A DNA stretch of 64,000 nt from Alphaproteobacteria bacterium (lineage in GTDB: Bacteria > Pseudomonadota > Alphaproteobacteria > CALKHQ01), in assembly GCA_965227515.1 (NCBI GenBank), contig CBDDFZ010000001.1, forward strand, positions 3,136,001 through 3,200,000, read 5' to 3'. How positions within the stretch are numbered: the stretch's first letter is position 1; each line of letters opens with the position of its first letter. Below, piece by piece: positions 23,503 to 35,516 of this stretch. Under the pieces are notes generated by a model. It ran no database searches, had not been told where the DNA came from, and saw only the letters and a program-made list of their open reading frames with translations. Both the position numbers and the translations under genes were made by a program.

Positions 23503-25020
23503 ATGATGACGCCGGACGCTGAGGCGTTTTCCAAGGGTTACGCAACCGGCAGTCCGCAGCTTGTCTGGACCCGCTTGGTGGCCGACCTGGAAACGCCGGT
23601 GTCGGCGCTGCTGAAGCTCGCCGACGGACGGCCCAACAGCTTCCTGCTGGAATCGGTGGAGGGCGGCAAGACCCGTGGCCGATACTCCATTCTGGGCCTG
23701 AAGCCCGACGTCGTGTGGCGCTGCAAGGGCAACCGGGCCGAGATCAACCGCGATGCCAGGTTCGCGCCCAACGGCTTCGCCCCCTGCCCTGTCGGCGAGA
23801 AGGATGGCGCGCTTGCCTCTCTGCGGGCTCTGATCGGCGAATCCAAGATCGAGATTCCGAAGGACCTGCCGCCGATGGCCTGCGGCTTGTTCGGCTATCT
23901 GGGCTACGACATGGTCCGGCTGATGGAGCGGCTGCCGGATGACAATCCCGACCCGCTGAATGTTCCCGATGCCATCCTGTTACGTCCGACGATTGTCGCG
24001 ATCTTCGACAATATCGGCGACCTGATCACGCTGGTGACGCCGGTGTGGCCGGCGGACGGCTTGTCGGCCGACCAGGCCTATCGCCTGGCCTGCGAGCGGC
24101 TGCAGGACGCGATCACCGATGTCCGCCGTTCCCTGCCCCACCGGCGCGAGCCGGCCGCGGCCTCCGCCGGGCCGCCGGAACCGGTCTCCAACGTGTCGCG
24201 CGAGACCTACATGCAGATGGTGGAGCGGGCGAAGGAGTACATTCACGCTGGCGACGTGTTCCAGGTGGTGCCGTCGCAGCGCTTCCGGCTGCCGTTCGAG
24301 TTGCCGCCGCTGTCGCTCTACCGCTCGTTGCGGCGGCTCAATCCGTCCCCGTTCCTGGTCTATTTCGACTTCGGCGACCTGGCGATCGTGGGATCGAGCC
24401 CGGAGATCCTGGTTCGGTTGCGCGACGACACCGTCACCATCCGCCCGTTGGCCGGCACCCGCCCGCGCGGCGAAACGCCGGCGGAGGATCGCGCCCACGC
24501 CAACGAGCTGCTCGCCGACCCCAAGGAGCTTGCCGAGCACCTGATGCTGCTCGACCTTGGCCGCAACGACGTCGGCCGGGTGGCGGAGATCGGCAGCGTG
24601 CAGGTGACCGAGCGCAACGTCATCGAGTTCTATTCCCACGTCATGCACATCGTCTCCAACGTCGAGGGCAAGATCCGGCCGGACAAGGATGCGCTCGATG
24701 CGCTGATTGGCGGCTTCCCGGCGGGCACCGTGAGCGGCGCCCCCAAGGTGCGCGCGATGGAAATCATCGACGAACTGGAGCCGGAGCGTCGTGGCATCTA
24801 CGCCGGCGCCGTGGGCTATTTCGGCGCCGATGGCGCGATGGACACCTGCATCGCATTGCGTACGGCGGTGTTGAAGGATGGCGTCATGTACGTGCAGGCC
24901 GGGGGCGGCGTTGTCGCCGACAGCGATCCGGCCGCCGAGTACCAGGAAACCCGCAACAAGGCGCGGGCCCTACTGCGCGCGGCGGAGGATGCTTATGCCG
25001 CCGCAGCGATGGAGCTCTAG
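23503..25020 (+). CDS. trpE: Anthranilate synthase component I
   Basis: DLETPVSA, LLESVEGG, NPSPF, RPLAGTRPRG, EHLMLLDLGRND, SGAPKVRAM. Confidence 0.97.
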   Translation: MMTPDAEAFSKGYATGSPQLVWTRLVADLETPVSALLKLADGRPNSFLLESVEGGKTRGRYSILGLKPDVVWRCKGNRAEINRDARFAPNGFAPCPVGEKDGALASLRALIGESKIEIPKDLPPMACGLFGYLGYDMVRLMERLPDDNPDPLNVPDAILLRPTIVAIFDNIGDLITLVTPVWPADGLSADQAYRLACERLQDAITDVRRSLPHRREPAAASAGPPEPVSNVSRETYMQMVERAKEYIHAGDVFQVVPSQRFRLPFELPPLSLYRSLRRLNPSPFLVYFDFGDLAIVGSSPEILVRLRDDTVTIRPLAGTRPRGETPAEDRAHANELLADPKELAEHLMLLDLGRNDVGRVAEIGSVQVTERNVIEFYSHVMHIVSNVEGKIRPDKDALDALIGGFPAGTVSGAPKVRAMEIIDELEPERRGIYAGAVGYFGADGAMDTCIALRTAVLKDGVMYVQAGGGVVADSDPAAEYQETRNKARALLRAAEDAYAAAAMEL

Positions 25021-25198
25021 GTATCATGCCTAGAAAAGTTCACGCAAAACATCGCCGGCCCGGCGTGGCGCCGATTGCCGCGCAGGTGACCGCCAATTAC
25101 AGACAATCCGTGGCACGACTCGAAAAACGACTCGTGACACGTGGCACACACAACCGGATGCCGACTCGGCGCCAATGTGCGATCCGAGGATCGTAGCC

Positions 25199-25774
25199 AT
25201 GCTGCTGCTGATCGACAACTATGACAGCTTCACCTACAACCTCTTCCACTTCCTGGGAGAGCTGGGGGCCGAGACCGAGGTCGTTCGCAACGACGTGGAG
25301 ACCGTCCCTGCCCTGTTGGACCGCAAGCCGCGCGGCGTGGTGATTTCGCCTGGGCCGTGCGACCCGGATCGGGCCGGCGTTTGCCTGGCGTTGATCGAGG
25401 AACTGGCGAGCGCCGGTGTGCCGACACTGGGTGTATGTCTGGGCCACCAGGCAATCGGCCAGGTCTTTGGCGGCAAGGTGGTGCGGGCGCCGGAGCCGAT
25501 GCATGGCAAGGTCGACCGGGTCACCCACGACCGGACGGGCGTGTTTGCCGGCCTGCCGGACTCGCTATCGGTCACCCGGTATCATTCGCTGATCGTTGAC
25601 CGGCCGTCATTGCCCGAGATATTGGACGTGAACGCCTGGAGCGACGACGGTCTGATCATGGGCGTGCGCCACAAGTCGCTGCCGATCCACGGGGTGCAAT
25701 TCCACCCGGAAAGCATCGCGACCGAGCAAGGGCATGACTTGCTGGCGAATTTCCTGCGCCTGATCGAGGCCTGA
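25199..25774 (+). CDS. trpG: Anthranilate synthase component II (glutamine amidotransferase)
   Basis: [34 protein letters not shown]. Confidence 0.96.
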   Translation: MLLLIDNYDSFTYNLFHFLGELGAETEVVRNDVETVPALLDRKPRGVVISPGPCDPDRAGVCLALIEELASAGVPTLGVCLGHQAIGQVFGGKVVRAPEPMHGKVDRVTHDRTGVFAGLPDSLSVTRYHSLIVDRPSLPEILDVNAWSDDGLIMGVRHKSLPIHGVQFHPESIATEQGHDLLANFLRLIEA

Positions 25775-25796
25775 GCGAGGACAGACACGAAGCCCG

Positions 25797-26831
25797 ATGA
25801 CCGACATGGAAATCGACATCAAGGCAGTGCTCGGCCGGATCGCGCTGGGGCAATGCCTTTCGGAAGCGGAGGCTGAAGCCACGTTCAACCTGCTGATGTC
25901 GGGCGATGTGACGCCGTCGCAGATGGGCGGCCTGTTGATGGGCATGCGCGTGCGCGGCGAGACGGTCGACGAAATCGCCGGTGCGGCGCGGGCCATGCGC
26001 GCCAAGGCGCTGTCGGTTTCGGCGCCACCGGGCGCCATCGACACATGCGGCACCGGCGGATCGTCCAAGGACACACATAATGTGTCGACCGCGGCGGCGT
26101 TCGTGGTGGCCGGCTGCGGCGTGACCGTCGCCAAGCACGGCAATGTCGCCCGGTCGTCCAAGTCCGGGTCCGCCGATGTGCTGGCGCGCCTGGGCGTCAA
26201 CCTCGAGCCGGATCTGGCGAAGTTCGAGACTTGCCTCAACGATGCTGGCATCGCGTTCATGTTCGCGCAGCGCCACCACGGCGCGATGCGCAATGTCGGC
26301 CCGACCCGCGTTGAGCTCGGCACGGCCACGATCTTCAATCTGCTTGGGCCGTTGGCCAACCCGGCCGGTATCAAGCGCCAGTTGATGGGGGTGTATGCCG
26401 CCCGCTGGGTGCGTCCGATTGCAGAGGTGCTGGCGCGGTTGGGCAGCGAGCGCGCCTGGGTGGTCCATGGCAGCGATGGCATGGACGAGTTGACCACGAC
26501 CGGTCCTTCGCTTGTCGCCGCGGTTGAGAATGGCGAGACCAAGGAGTTCGAGGTCGACCCGCAGGCGCTTGGGCTGGCCCGCGCCAGCGAAGCCGACCTT
26601 ATTGGTGGCGAGGCGGAGGGGAACGCTGCGGCCATTCGCCAACTGCTCGACGGTGCGGCAGGGCCGTTGCGCGACATCGTCACCCTCAATGCCGGGGCTG
26701 CCCTGGTGGTCGCCGGTATGGCGCGCGAGCTTGCCGAAGGCATTGCCATGGCCGGCAAGTCCATCGACGACGGCCGGGCCAGCAAGTCGCTGGAGCGGCT
26801 GGTTGCCCTGACCAACGGCCGCGGCAACTGA
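25797..26831 (+). CDS. trpD: Anthranilate phosphoribosyltransferase
   Basis: DTCGTGG, NVSTAA, KHGN, SGSADVL, FNLLGPLANP. Confidence 0.96.
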   Translation: MTDMEIDIKAVLGRIALGQCLSEAEAEATFNLLMSGDVTPSQMGGLLMGMRVRGETVDEIAGAARAMRAKALSVSAPPGAIDTCGTGGSSKDTHNVSTAAAFVVAGCGVTVAKHGNVARSSKSGSADVLARLGVNLEPDLAKFETCLNDAGIAFMFAQRHHGAMRNVGPTRVELGTATIFNLLGPLANPAGIKRQLMGVYAARWVRPIAEVLARLGSERAWVVHGSDGMDELTTTGPSLVAAVENGETKEFEVDPQALGLARASEADLIGGEAEGNAAAIRQLLDGAAGPLRDIVTLNAGAALVVAGMARELAEGIAMAGKSIDDGRASKSLERLVALTNGRGN

Positions 26832-26834
26832 CGC

Positions 26835-27650
26835 ATGGCCATGGGATCCGTTCTCGACAAGATCGTTGACGACAAGCGAGCGCATGTGGCCGCGCGCAAG
26901 GCGGCGGCAGCTTTGTCCGACGTCGAGGCGGCGGCCAGGGCCGCCGCACGCCCGCGCGGCTTTGCCGACGCATTGGCCGTAGCGTCGCGCGACGGCTATG
27001 GCCTGATATGCGAGATCAAGAAGGCATCGCCGTCGAAGGGGCTGATCCGCGCCGACTTCGATCCATCGACGCTGGCCCGCGCTTATCATGAGGGGGGCGC
27101 GACCTGCCTGTCTGTGCTGACGGATGAGCCATACTTCCAGGGCCGCGACGCGTATCTGACGGCCGCACGCCAGGCCGTCCCCCTGCCCGTCCTGCGCAAG
27201 GACTTCATGATCGACACCTACCAGGTGGCCGAAGCGCGCGCCCTTGGCGCCGATTGCATCCTGATCATCATGGCGGCATTGGACGATGCGACCGCGGCCG
27301 ATCTCGCCGCCGCGGCAGGCGATTGGGGCATGGACGTGCTGGTCGAGGTTCACGACGCGCCGGAGTTGGACCGCGCCCTGCGGCTCGATTCGCGCCTGAT
27401 CGGCGTCAACAACCGCAATCTCAAGACCCTGGCCGTCGATCTGGCGACGACCGAAGCATTGGCGCCCAATGTCCCCAGCGACCGCATTCTGGTCTGCGAA
27501 AGCGGGCTCGGCGCGCCTGCCGATCTGGCACGCATGGAACGCGTCGGCGCACGATGCTTCCTGATCGGGGAGTCGCTGATGCGCCAACCCGACGTGACGG
27601 CGGCGACGCGGGCGCTGTTGACGCCGGCCAAGGCGGCAGTCGCCTCATGA
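26835..27650 (+). CDS. trpC: Indole-3-glycerol phosphate synthase
   Basis: [33 protein letters not shown]. Confidence 0.97.
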   Translation: MAMGSVLDKIVDDKRAHVAARKAAAALSDVEAAARAAARPRGFADALAVASRDGYGLICEIKKASPSKGLIRADFDPSTLARAYHEGGATCLSVLTDEPYFQGRDAYLTAARQAVPLPVLRKDFMIDTYQVAEARALGADCILIIMAALDDATAADLAAAAGDWGMDVLVEVHDAPELDRALRLDSRLIGVNNRNLKTLAVDLATTEALAPNVPSDRILVCESGLGAPADLARMERVGARCFLIGESLMRQPDVTAATRALLTPAKAAVAS

Positions 27651-28126
27651 GCTCGGGGCTGACCCATGTCGACGGGTCAGGCAAGGCGCGGATGGTGGAC
27701 GTCTCGGCCAAGGCCGCGACCGAGCGGGTGGCGATTGCCGCCGGGTCCGTGACCATGCAGCCCGAGACCCTGGCCTTGATCAGCGAGGGCGCCATCGGCA
27801 AGGGCGACGTGCTGGCCGCCGCGCGCATCGGCGGCATCATGGCGGCAAAACGCACGGCCGAACTGATCCCTCTCTGCCACCCTCTAGGCCTCTCGTCGGC
27901 TGAAGTCGACATCATGCCTAATCCGGACACGTCCTCGCTCGACATCCGGGCCACCGCGCGCGTTGTCGGCCAGACCGGCGTCGAGATGGAGGCGATGACC
28001 GCAGTCTCTGTCGCGGCACTCACCATTTACGACATGTGCAAGGCGGTCGACCGCGGCATGCGCATCGAGGCGATCCGCCTGGTGCACAAGTCCGGCGGCA
28101 AGTCGGGCACCTACGACGCTCCATGA
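27647..28126 (+). CDS. moaC: Cyclic pyranopterin monophosphate synthase
   Basis: [44 protein letters not shown] overlap with trpC. Confidence 0.96.
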   Translation: MSSGLTHVDGSGKARMVDVSAKAATERVAIAAGSVTMQPETLALISEGAIGKGDVLAAARIGGIMAAKRTAELIPLCHPLGLSSAEVDIMPNPDTSSLDIRATARVVGQTGVEMEAMTAVSVAALTIYDMCKAVDRGMRIEAIRLVHKSGGKSGTYDAP

Positions 28127-29334
28127 TCTCGGTCGCCGAGGCCCGTGCCAGGCTGCTGGAGGGCATGCACCAACTGCCGGCCGAGCAGGTCGGGATCGCC
28201 AATGCGGCCTTTCGGGTGCTCGCCGAGGACGTGGCGGCCCGCGTGACCAAGCCACCGCGGCATATGTCGGCGATGGACGGTTATGCCGTCAGTGCCGCCG
28301 ATGTGTCATCCGCGCCGGTGACCTTGCGGCAAGTCGGCGCTGTGCCCGCCGGGCAATCCTACGACCGCCAGCTCGGGCCCGGCGAGACGGTGCGCATCTT
28401 CACCGGCGCCCCCCTGCCCGATGGCGCGGACAGCATCGTTATCCAGGAGGATGTCGATGCAAGCGGCGACGACATCCATATCGCCGAGGCGGTGCCCAAG
28501 GGAAAATACGTTCGTGCAGCCGGGCTCGACTTCGCCGAAGGCGACGTTGGCGTCGCGGCCGGCACGTGGCTGACGGCCAGGCACATCGCGCTTGCCGCCG
28601 CCATGAACAGGGCGTGGCTGTCGGTGGTGCGGCGGCCACGGGTGGCGATCCTTGCCACCGGCGACGAGATCGTCAATCCGGGCGATCCGGTTGGCGCCAA
28701 CCAGATCGTGAGTTCGAACGCACTGGGGCTGGCGGCTCTGATGCGCGGGGCCGGTGCCGATCCGATCGATCTTGGCATCGCGCCCGACGAGACAGATGTG
28801 CTGCAACGGATGGCAGCCGGTGCCGCCGGCGCCGACATGCTGGTCACGACCGGTGGCGCGTCGGTGGGCGATCATGACCTGGTGGCCTCGGCATTGGGGG
28901 AAATCGGCCTCAAGATCGAGTTCTGGAAGATCGCCATGCGGCCCGGCAAGCCGCTGATGTTCGGCGCGCTGAATGGCACGCCGGTGGTCGGGCTGCCGGG
29001 CAATCCGGTTTCCAGTCTGGTGTGCGCGATGATCTTTCTGGTGCCGATGCTGCGGAAGATGCTGGGCCTCGACGCCGACCATCTAGGTGCACGCAAGGCG
29101 GTTCTGGCGGCTCCCTTGGCGGCGAACGACCGGCGCGAGGACTATCTGCGAACCCGGCTCGCCGAGGATGGCACTGGTGTGTTGCGTGCGTCGCCGTTTT
29201 CGAACCAGGACAGCTCACTGCTGTCGCCATTGGCGGCGGCCGACGGACTGTTGGTGCGACCGCCGCATGCGCCGGCCCTTGCCGCCGGCGACACGGTGAA
29301 TGTGTTGCCGTTTGCCGCGCTCCACACCTCATAG
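28123..29334 (+). CDS. moeA: Molybdopterin molybdotransferase
   Basis: [35 protein letters not shown]. Confidence 0.96.
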   Translation: MISVAEARARLLEGMHQLPAEQVGIANAAFRVLAEDVAARVTKPPRHMSAMDGYAVSAADVSSAPVTLRQVGAVPAGQSYDRQLGPGETVRIFTGAPLPDGADSIVIQEDVDASGDDIHIAEAVPKGKYVRAAGLDFAEGDVGVAAGTWLTARHIALAAAMNRAWLSVVRRPRVAILATGDEIVNPGDPVGANQIVSSNALGLAALMRGAGADPIDLGIAPDETDVLQRMAAGAAGADMLVTTGGASVGDHDLVASALGEIGLKIEFWKIAMRPGKPLMFGALNGTPVVGLPGNPVSSLVCAMIFLVPMLRKMLGLDADHLGARKAVLAAPLAANDRREDYLRTRLAEDGTGVLRASPFSNQDSSLLSPLAAADGLLVRPPHAPALAAGDTVNVLPFAALHTS

Positions 29335-29369
29335 TTGCGAAGGTACGGGTATCGTTCTGCAAAATTGGC

Positions 29370-29420
29370 TTGACCGGTAATTGGAACTTCCATAGAACAT
29401 TTTTCGTTGGGTGTTTGTTC
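29370..29420 (+). promoter_or_regulatory. lexA promoter with alphaproteobacterial SOS boxes
   Basis: TTGACC-N17-TAGAAC. GAAC-N7-GAAC at 29384-29398 overlaps the -10; GTTG-N7-GTTC at 29406-29420. Confidence 0.85.
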
Positions 29421-29483
29421 CGATTCTGGTGAGAACGCCCCATGACGAATTCACTTCAACCCTACCGGATTGCGAGAACGGAT

Positions 29484-30200
29484 ATGTTGACACGAAAACA
29501 GCACGAGCTTCTTCTGTTCGTAAACGAGCGGATCAAGGCGGACGGTGTATCGCCCTCGTTCGACGAAATGAAGGAAGCGCTCGGCCTGCGCTCAAAGTCC
29601 GGCATTCATCGGTTGATTACCGGGCTTGAAGAACGCGGCTTCATCAAGCGGCTGCCGCACCGGGCGCGTGCTCTGGAAGTGTTACGGTTGCCGGACGATG
29701 CCGCCGTCGACCGCAGCGAGCGGCGGCGCAAGGGGCGACCCTTCGCGCCCAATGTGATCGAAGGCAACTTCCCGGCCGACAGCCGGCCGCGAAGTGCGCG
29801 CGCGGTGGAAACGACCGGAGCACAGGCGATCCCGCTTTATGGGCGGATCGCGGCCGGCATGCCGATCGAGGCGCTGCGGGACCATAGCGTGACCGTCGAC
29901 GTCCCTACGGCCGTCCTGGGTCGCGGTGAATACTATGCCTTGGAAGTCGCTGGTGACTCGATGGTCGACGCCGGGATTCTGGACGGCGACACCGTCATCA
30001 TCGAACGGCGCGATGCCGCCGAGAACGGCGACATCGTCGTGGCGCTGGTCGACGAACAGGAAGTGACGCTGAAGCGCATTCGGCGCCGCAAGGACTCCAT
30101 CGCCCTCGAACCGGCGAACAAGTCGTACGAAACCCGCATATTCGGACCGGACCGGGTCAAGGTGCAGGGGCGCCTGACCGCACTGTTGCGCCGGTACTGA
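29484..30200 (+). CDS. lexA: SOS repressor LexA
   Basis: [33 protein letters not shown] cleavage site, GDSM, TLKR. Confidence 0.97.
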   Translation: MLTRKQHELLLFVNERIKADGVSPSFDEMKEALGLRSKSGIHRLITGLEERGFIKRLPHRARALEVLRLPDDAAVDRSERRRKGRPFAPNVIEGNFPADSRPRSARAVETTGAQAIPLYGRIAAGMPIEALRDHSVTVDVPTAVLGRGEYYALEVAGDSMVDAGILDGDTVIIERRDAAENGDIVVALVDEQEVTLKRIRRRKDSIALEPANKSYETRIFGPDRVKVQGRLTALLRRY

Positions 30201-30232
30201 GCGGCGGGCGCGCGGTCCAGCCCCGGTCCGAT

Positions 30233-32386
30233 TCAACGGTTGGTCACCGTCCACGGTCGGTCGCCGCGTGCGGCACGGGTGGTCAGCACTTCGGGCTGGC
30301 CGTCCCGCCACCACACGAGGTGGGTGCCTTCGCGGGCGAGGTCGAAACGGTCGATTACCAATGTGGGACCGCGGCACGGCCAGCGCATCGGCACGGTTGT
30401 GATGACGATATCGGCGCGCGCGCAGTCGTCCGGATGGCTGTCGGCGGACCAGGAGAATGCGACCAGCGGCGGACCCCGGGATACACATCCCCAGGCATCG
30501 CAGGCAAGATCGCCGGACCGGTCAGGGGTCTCCATGGGTTCGACATCTGTTGGCGCCGACCACGCCGGAACATCGCGCTGCCCATTGGCCCGCGCCCACA
30601 TCTCAGCCATGAACGCCTCGTCGGTCGTGGTTGAGAACAGCAGTCGGCCATCGGGTGGGCGGAGTGCGAACAGGCGGGCATTACCGGCGGCATAGATGTC
30701 CGGCGGCGTGGTTGCCGACGCGATCGCCAGACCGCCGGCGATCGCCGCGCCACCCAGCAGGCGCCAACGGCTGCGCCACAGGCATAGCCACAGCCCGCCG
30801 GCCGCGATCAGCGCCATTGCCGACGGCGGCATCGCCGGCAGCAGCACCACGGCCTGCGGCCAACTCGCGATGAGGCGCGCGACCGTGAGCAGCAGATCCA
30901 CACCCCAACCGGCGAGCATGAGTGGCAGGTCTTCCAGCCCAAGCGGCACAAGGATGGCGCCAATGGCCAGGAACGGCATGATCCAGAACGCGGTCAGCGG
31001 AACCGCAATCAGGTTGGCGAGCAACCCGTACACGGCAAACCGGTCGAAGTGAAAGATCGCAAACGGCGCGGTGGCGAGGGTTGCGACGATGGTGCTGACG
31101 GCGGTTGCGCCGATATAGGCGCCGATCCTGGTAGCCACGCTCGGCGCTTCGGGCCACAGGCGTGGCCGGGTCCGCAGCCACTCGAACGCCGCCACCAATG
31201 CGGTGACCGCCGCGAACGAAAGCTGGAAACTTGGGCCGAGGACGCTTTCAGGGGACAGGACCAGAACGGCCAAGGCGGCGGCGGCGACCAGGCGCAGGCT
31301 CAAGGGGCTGCGCCCGAGCATGATGGCGCCGAACGCCAGAGCGGCCATCAGGAACGCGCGTTGCGTCGGCACGGTGGCGCCCGCGATCAACATGTAGCCC
31401 AGGCCGACGACGATGGCGGCGGCTGCCGCCCATGACTTGATCGGGCGTCGCAGGGCAAGCGGCTCGATTGCTGCGAACATCGCGCGGGCCAGGAAGAAAG
31501 CGAAGCCTGCGACAATGCCGATGTGCAGTCCGGAGATCGCCAGCAAGTGCGCAAGCCCGCTGTCGCGCATGGCGGCGACCACATCCTCGCCAATGGCGCC
31601 CCGCTGGCCGGTCACCAGCGCCGCCGCGACCGCGCCGGTCTCCTCGGGCAGTGCCGCTCGTATGGCTTCGGTGAGACCGAGGCGCGTCTGCTGCAATGCG
31701 GCAAGGGGGTCGCTGTCGTCGGTCGCCTGAACGTCCGGCCGCCCCAGGGTGAAACCGACGGCCCCGATACCGTCAAAGAATGCCGCGCGTTGGAAGTCGT
31801 ACCCACCCGGCAGGGCCGGCGGTGGCGGGGGGCGCAAGACCGCGCGGCCCTCGATGACATCGCCGATGCTAATGCCGCTGGCATCGGCCACATGCACCCG
31901 CACCCGCCGCGGTGTGGACTCGGCCCGCCAGTCGTCGATGGTGACGTGTTCCAGAACCAGTCGTGCCGCCGTGCCGCCGCGCGGCTCCACGCGCGTCACT
32001 TGGCCTGACAGAGCGACGCTGCCGGTCTCGCGGTCCAGCATCGGCGCCTCGACGGCCAAGACGCGAAGTTGGGACACCGTCCAACCGAACGCGGCTCCGG
32101 CCAGCCCGACCGCAATGACAAAGGCCAGCAGATGCCGGCGGCAGGCAAAGGCCGCCAAGCTCGCTGACAACAAAGCTATCGGTCCCCAGCCCGCCCATGG
32201 CTCGACCGGCAGGCTGAAATACGCGGCGACGCCGGCAATGGCGAGCACCGGCCACCAGAGCACCAGGCGCTCACGCTCGTGCTGCCAGAGCCGTTCGATC
32301 ACCGCATCGGCCCCCCTCGCCCATGCCTTTGCCCATCCCGGCGCCCATCCCTTCGCCCACGGGGCCGCGGCGGTTGGCGGATGCAA
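30233..32386 (-). CDS. comEC: ComEC/Rec2 competence protein
   Basis: PGGYDFQRAAFF, SGLAHLLAISGLHI, GATVPTQRAFLM, SFQLSF. TTG start is uncertain. Confidence 0.9.
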   Translation of the reverse strand: MHPPTAAAPWAKGWAPGWAKAWARGADAVIERLWQHERERLVLWWPVLAIAGVAAYFSLPVEPWAGWGPIALLSASLAAFACRRHLLAFVIAVGLAGAAFGWTVSQLRVLAVEAPMLDRETGSVALSGQVTRVEPRGGTAARLVLEHVTIDDWRAESTPRRVRVHVADASGISIGDVIEGRAVLRPPPPPALPGGYDFQRAAFFDGIGAVGFTLGRPDVQATDDSDPLAALQQTRLGLTEAIRAALPEETGAVAAALVTGQRGAIGEDVVAAMRDSGLAHLLAISGLHIGIVAGFAFFLARAMFAAIEPLALRRPIKSWAAAAAIVVGLGYMLIAGATVPTQRAFLMAALAFGAIMLGRSPLSLRLVAAAALAVLVLSPESVLGPSFQLSFAAVTALVAAFEWLRTRPRLWPEAPSVATRIGAYIGATAVSTIVATLATAPFAIFHFDRFAVYGLLANLIAVPLTAFWIMPFLAIGAILVPLGLEDLPLMLAGWGVDLLLTVARLIASWPQAVVLLPAMPPSAMALIAAGGLWLCLWRSRWRLLGGAAIAGGLAIASATTPPDIYAAGNARLFALRPPDGRLLFSTTTDEAFMAEMWARANGQRDVPAWSAPTDVEPMETPDRSGDLACDAWGCVSRGPPLVAFSWSADSHPDDCARADIVITTVPMRWPCRGPTLVIDRFDLAREGTHLVWWRDGQPEVLTTRAARGDRPWTVTNR

Positions 32387-32637
32387 GGGCGCTGTGACCT
32401 TATCGTCACATCACCTCGGCACGGTTTGGCCCGTGGGCGCGCTCTATGATAGAAGACTGCGCGTCACTGACGGTCGCGGGGTCCGGGGTCATCCCCTGCC
32501 CCCGTGCCATCCCGTTGCCAGTCCATTTCTGCCCACCGCGCACGTGCCGGCCCGATGCCGGGCTGCACGGTGCGTTTTGGGTGCATGTGGATCCGGTCGG
32601 TGATGTTGTGACAGCCGTGACAATGATTGGTGGGCCA

Positions 32638-34050
32638 ATGTCGATCACTACGCGGTTCGCGCCGTCGCCGACTGGATTCTTGCATATCGGTGGCGCGCGC
32701 ACGGCGTTGTTCAATTTTCTGCTCGCCCGCCATCATGGCGGCCGTTTCCTGCTGCGCATCGAAGATACCGACAAGGCGCGTTCGACGGAGGCCGCCAAGG
32801 CCGCCATCATAGAGGGGCTGCGCTGGCTGGGCCTGGACTGGGACGGCGCGACGGTCTTCCAGTCGGAGGGGCAGCAGCGCCATGCCGACGTGGCGCGAGA
32901 CCTTCTCTCGCGCGGCTTGGCCTACAACTGCTATTGCACGCCGGAGGAACTGGCGGAGATGCGCGAGCAGGCGCGCGCCGAGAACCGCTCGATCCGCTAT
33001 GACGGGCGCTGGCGCGACCGCGACCCGGCCGATGCTCCGCCAGGCGTCGATCCGGTGGTGCGCCTGAAGGTGCCTCAGGATGGCACCGTCGTCCTGAACG
33101 ATGCGGTGCAGGGTACGGTCGAGGTTACGGCCAGCGAACTGGACGACTTCGTGCTCCTGCGCTCCGACGGCACGCCCACGTACATGCTGTCGGTCGTTGT
33201 GGACGACCACGACATGGGCGTGACCCACGTCGTGCGCGGCGACGACCATCTGACCAACGCGTTTCGCCAGACCGCGCTTTTCCAGGCATGCGGCTGGGAC
33301 CTGCCGGTGTTCGGCCACGTGCCGCTGATCCACGGCCCCGACGGCGCGAAGCTCTCGAAACGGCATGGCGCGCTGGGCGTTGAAGCCTATCGGGACATGG
33401 GCTACCTGCCGGAAGCCATGTGCAACTACCTGCTGCGCCTGGGCTGGTCGCACGGCGATACCGAGATCGTCAGCCGAGACGAAGCGATTGCGCTGTTCGA
33501 CCTGGACGGCATCGGGCGCGCGCCGGCACGGCTCGACTTCGCGAAGATGGACAGCGTCAACGCGCACTACATCAAGCTGGCCGACGATGCGCGCCTGGCC
33601 GACCTGATTTGCGGGTTCCTGGAAGCCGATCTCGGGCGTGAACTCGACGATGCCGATCGCGCACGCCTGTTGGCGGCAATGCCTGAGCTGAAGCAACGGC
33701 CCAAGACTTTGGTGGAACTGGCTGATAATGCGCGTTTTCTTGTTGCGCACCGGCCATTGACCCTGACCGACAAGGCACGCAAGGCGCTGGGCGAGGACGG
33801 CGCCGCCGTGCTCAAGTCCGTCGGCGAGACCCTGGCTGGCATGACTGTTTGGGATGAGGAAGCGGCCGAGCGCGCGGTGAGCGATTTTGCCGATCAGGCC
33901 GGCTTGAAGATGCGTGCCGTGGCCCAGCCGCTCCGCGCCGCCCTCACCGGCAGCCATGCGTCGCCGGGCATCTTCCAGGTGCTGGCCTATCTGGGGCGTG
34001 ACGAATCTTTGGGCCGCATTGACGATGTGGTCGGCGGCCGTGTGGCATGA
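32638..34050 (+). CDS. gltX: Glutamate--tRNA ligase
   Basis: [35 protein letters not shown]. Confidence 0.97.
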   Translation: MSITTRFAPSPTGFLHIGGARTALFNFLLARHHGGRFLLRIEDTDKARSTEAAKAAIIEGLRWLGLDWDGATVFQSEGQQRHADVARDLLSRGLAYNCYCTPEELAEMREQARAENRSIRYDGRWRDRDPADAPPGVDPVVRLKVPQDGTVVLNDAVQGTVEVTASELDDFVLLRSDGTPTYMLSVVVDDHDMGVTHVVRGDDHLTNAFRQTALFQACGWDLPVFGHVPLIHGPDGAKLSKRHGALGVEAYRDMGYLPEAMCNYLLRLGWSHGDTEIVSRDEAIALFDLDGIGRAPARLDFAKMDSVNAHYIKLADDARLADLICGFLEADLGRELDDADRARLLAAMPELKQRPKTLVELADNARFLVAHRPLTLTDKARKALGEDGAAVLKSVGETLAGMTVWDEEAAERAVSDFADQAGLKMRAVAQPLRAALTGSHASPGIFQVLAYLGRDESLGRIDDVVGGRVA

Positions 34051-34186
34051 ACACTGCACCGATGCCGTCTGTAACGCCGCGTTTCGAGCCTCGTGAGAAG
34101 ATTTGAAAGAGCCCGGTTTCGGCCGGTCTAGAGAATGACAGCGCGTCCAAGGCGCGCTATCTGAGCTTTTGAAGGAGAGCTTGCCG

Positions 34187-35509
34187 ATGAGCCATGAATC
34201 GAAAGCGACACCGACCAAGGACGGTGTCACGCTGATCGACCGCGCAACCGGGAACGAGTACGAGTTGCCGGTGTTGTCCGGCACCGCCGGGCCGCGGGTG
34301 ATCGACATCCGCCGGCTCTATGCCGACGCGGATATGTTCACGTTCGATCCTGGATTCACATCCAGCGGCAGCTGTGAGTCGCAGATCACCTACATCGACG
34401 GCGATAAGGGCGAATTGCTCTACCGCGGCTATCCCATCGAAGATCTGGCCGAAAATTCCGACTTCATGGAGGTCTCGTACCTGCTGCTGCATGGCGAGTT
34501 GCCGACAGCCGAGGAGAAGACCGGGTTTGAGAAAGCCATCACCTATCACACGATGGTGCATGAACAATTATTGAATTTTTTCAGGGGGTTTCGCCGCGAC
34601 GCTCACCCAATGGCGATTCTATGCGGTGTCACCGGCGCGCTCTCGGCCTTTTATCACGATTCCCTGGACATCGGCGATCCGCGCCAGCGGATGATCGCCT
34701 CTCACCGGCTGATCGCCAAGATGCCGACCATCTCGGCGATGGCGTACAAATATTCGGTCGGCCAGCCGTTCATCTATCCGCGCAACGATCTGACCTATGC
34801 GGAAAACTTCCTGCAGATGACGTTCGCGGTGCCCTGCGAGCAGTATGAGATCAATCCGGCGATCTCCAAGGCGATGGACCGCATCTTCATCCTGCACGCC
34901 GATCACGAACAAAACGCGTCGACCTCGACAGTGCGCCTCGCCGGCTCCTCGGGTGCCAACCCGTTCGCCTGCATCGCCGCTGGCATTGCCTCGCTGTGGG
35001 GGCCTGCCCATGGCGGCGCCAACGAGGCGGTGCTGAACATGCTCGACGAGATCGGCGACAAGTCGCAGATCGGCGAGTACATCAAGCGCGCCAAGGACAA
35101 GGACGACCCGTTCCGGCTGATGGGCTTCGGCCACCGGGTCTACAAGAACTTCGACCCGCGCGCGAAGGTCATGCAGCAGAGCTGTCACGAGGTGCTGGAC
35201 GCATTGGGCATCCGTGACGAGCCGCTGCTCGACCTGGCGATGGAGCTGGAGAAGATCGCGCTGGAGGACGAGTATTTCGTCGAGCGCAAGCTCTATCCCA
35301 ATGTCGACTTCTATTCCGGCATAATCCTGAAGGCGATCGGCTTCCCGACATCGATGTTCACCGTGCTGTTTGCACTGGCGCGCACCGTGGGTTGGGTGGC
35401 ACAGTGGCGGGAGATGATCGAAGATCCGACCCAGCGGATCGGCCGCCCGCGCCAGCTCTACACCGGCCATGCGCGGCGCAGCTTCGTACCGATCGCCGAG
35501 AGAGGCTGA
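34187..35509 (+). CDS. gltA: Citrate synthase
   Basis: [44 protein letters not shown]. Confidence 0.98.
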   Translation: MSHESKATPTKDGVTLIDRATGNEYELPVLSGTAGPRVIDIRRLYADADMFTFDPGFTSSGSCESQITYIDGDKGELLYRGYPIEDLAENSDFMEVSYLLLHGELPTAEEKTGFEKAITYHTMVHEQLLNFFRGFRRDAHPMAILCGVTGALSAFYHDSLDIGDPRQRMIASHRLIAKMPTISAMAYKYSVGQPFIYPRNDLTYAENFLQMTFAVPCEQYEINPAISKAMDRIFILHADHEQNASTSTVRLAGSSGANPFACIAAGIASLWGPAHGGANEAVLNMLDEIGDKSQIGEYIKRAKDKDDPFRLMGFGHRVYKNFDPRAKVMQQSCHEVLDALGIRDEPLLDLAMELEKIALEDEYFVERKLYPNVDFYSGIILKAIGFPTSMFTVLFALARTVGWVAQWREMIEDPTQRIGRPRQLYTGHARRSFVPIAERG

Positions 35510-35516
35510 ACCGACA

